Translations under genes and position numbers: made by a program
Assembly (NCBI GenBank): GCA_045659745.1
Contig: JAZRCL010000097.1
Span: 2,881 to 66,880 of the forward strand
Reading direction: 5' to 3'
DNA from: Eubacteriales bacterium
GTDB lineage: Bacteria > Bacillota > Clostridia > Oscillospirales > CAG-272
Length of the DNA: 64,000 nt
Shown here: positions 63,125-64,000 of the stretch, one piece after another
Numbering within the stretch: the first letter of the stretch is position 1
Layout: each line of letters begins with the position of its first letter
Notes under the pieces: model-generated
Seen by the model: the letters and a program-made list of their open reading frames with translations, nothing else
Database searches by the model: none
Told to the model about the DNA's origin: nothing

Positions 63125-63855
63125 TATATTTCACAAAGCTTCACTATGGCGTCAAGGCAGGTCTCGCCTGCGGAATTGATGGTTCTAAACTCAAAAAATC
63201 CGTCCTCACGCAGACCTCTGTTGACTGTCAAGGTCGCGCCGAGCGGAGCTTCCTTGAGGTACGACAATGATATTTCCGACACGAATTTTCCCTGCATATC
63301 CGGCAGGAAGTCGCAGATCATATCAGGGTAATTTGTGTTGTTCATGTGCATATTATAGTCAATGTCCGAGTAGAAAATAGTCCTCTCGCCAACTCTTGCG
63401 AGTGTCTCTCCCTTGCCTATTCTCGCTCTCGGGGGAAGCATGGTCGCGTCTATCGGCTCGTCATACGGGAAATTGTTGTTGTCGAGTCTGTCTGCTCTGA
63501 CAAGCGTCTTGCTGTTTATATCCACAAGCGCCCAGGTACTCGTGGCACGCGCAACTATCTCGCCGTCAACTCTCATTTCAAAAAATCTCAAAAAAGCAAA
63601 GCCTTTTGCTTCCTTGCACCACGTGCTGACCTCTATTTTTTTATATGCAGGCACGGGTCTTATTACCTTCATTGAAAGCTGACTGAGGATAAATCCCACG
63701 TCATCTCTGTCTCTCAACTCGTCAAGCGGCATGCCGAACTCTGCGCACTGAATATTTGCAGTTTCCTGAAAATACATAAGCATCTTGCTTGTGCGAAGAA
63801 CTCTGTTTGAGTCCGTGTCGTGCCATTTTGTCGTATATGTATGCGTGTATTTCAT
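63124..63855 (-). CDS. Acyl-[acyl-carrier-protein] thioesterase
   Basis: 243 aa double-hotdog layout. N-terminal YTTKWHDTDSNRVLR and downstream YSDIDYNMHMNNTNY resemble the acyl-ACP thioesterase family. Confidence 0.85.
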   Translation of the reverse strand: MKYTHTYTTKWHDTDSNRVLRTSKMLMYFQETANIQCAEFGMPLDELRDRDDVGFILSQLSMKVIRPVPAYKKIEVSTWCKEAKGFAFLRFFEMRVDGEIVARATSTWALVDINSKTLVRADRLDNNNFPYDEPIDATMLPPRARIGKGETLARVGERTIFYSDIDYNMHMNNTNYPDMICDFLPDMQGKFVSEISLSYLKEAPLGATLTVNRGLREDGFFEFRTINSAGETCLDAIVKLCEI

Positions 63856-63959
63856 AATTTTTCGGGGGCTTTAAATTCGCCTCTCCTTACCTCATCAAAT
63901 TATTTTTCTTTTCCGTCTATTCGATTACAAACGATGTTTCCGCCCTTTTATTCGGGAAA

Positions 63960-64000
63960 GTTTTTAGAAGGGGTGTGGGGAAACCTTTTTCCAAAAAGGT
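63960..64000 (-). repeat. GGGGAAAC-palindrome intergenic repeat, copy C (reverse orientation, cut by the window end)
   Basis: GTTTTTAGAAGGGGTGTGGGGAAACCTTTTTCCAAAAAGGT matches the reverse complement of copies A and B. Confidence 0.8.

Overview
This 64-kb window is chromosomal and mostly housekeeping, from a spore-forming Firmicute. A Clostridia, Oscillospiraceae/Ruminococcaceae-like origin is inference from protein sequences and gene order only. I can support 52 protein-coding genes, one tRNA-Gln(UUG), one THF riboswitch, a set of sigma-A-type promoters (TTGACA-N17/18-TGnTATAAT) and many hairpin+T-run terminators. Gene content: envelope and lipid genes (sugar transferase, uppP, patatin, PlsC-like acyltransferase, MBOAT+DHHW pair, GtrA, acyl-ACP thioesterase); central metabolism (fbp class 3, ilvA-ridA, serC-serA, nagB, thiN); sporulation genes (spoIIR, spoIIE); folate and biotin genes (birA, riboswitch-controlled folT-folC fusion); and a compacted translation/replication supercluster on the minus strand (yicC-remA-rpoZ-priA-def-fmt-rsmB-rlmN-[PASTA]-rsgA-thiN, plus efp and cysS elsewhere). 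I found no rRNA, CRISPR array, integrase, prophage or recognisable defence or toxin system, and no multi-gene novel system that I can defend. The most unusual items are listed here. (1) A 1,688-aa alanine-rich helical lipoprotein with a Cys-rich/OB-like C-terminal tip (36619-41685). (2) A solo HUH/Y1 (RAYT-like) transposase gene with a perfect 27-bp inverted repeat inside its own reading frame. (3) A family of about 50-70-bp palindromic intergenic repeats, with 4 clear copies and 1 degenerate copy. (4) A kinase-less PASTA protein exactly where prpC-prkC normally sits, abutting one of those repeats. (5) An in-frame FolT-FolC fusion behind a THF riboswitch. (6) Echoes of the tRNA-Gln 3' end downstream of the tRNA. 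(7) A Cys/Asp-rich acidic zinc-ribbon protein after efp. All long antisense ORFs in the track are codon-aligned shadows and were rejected.
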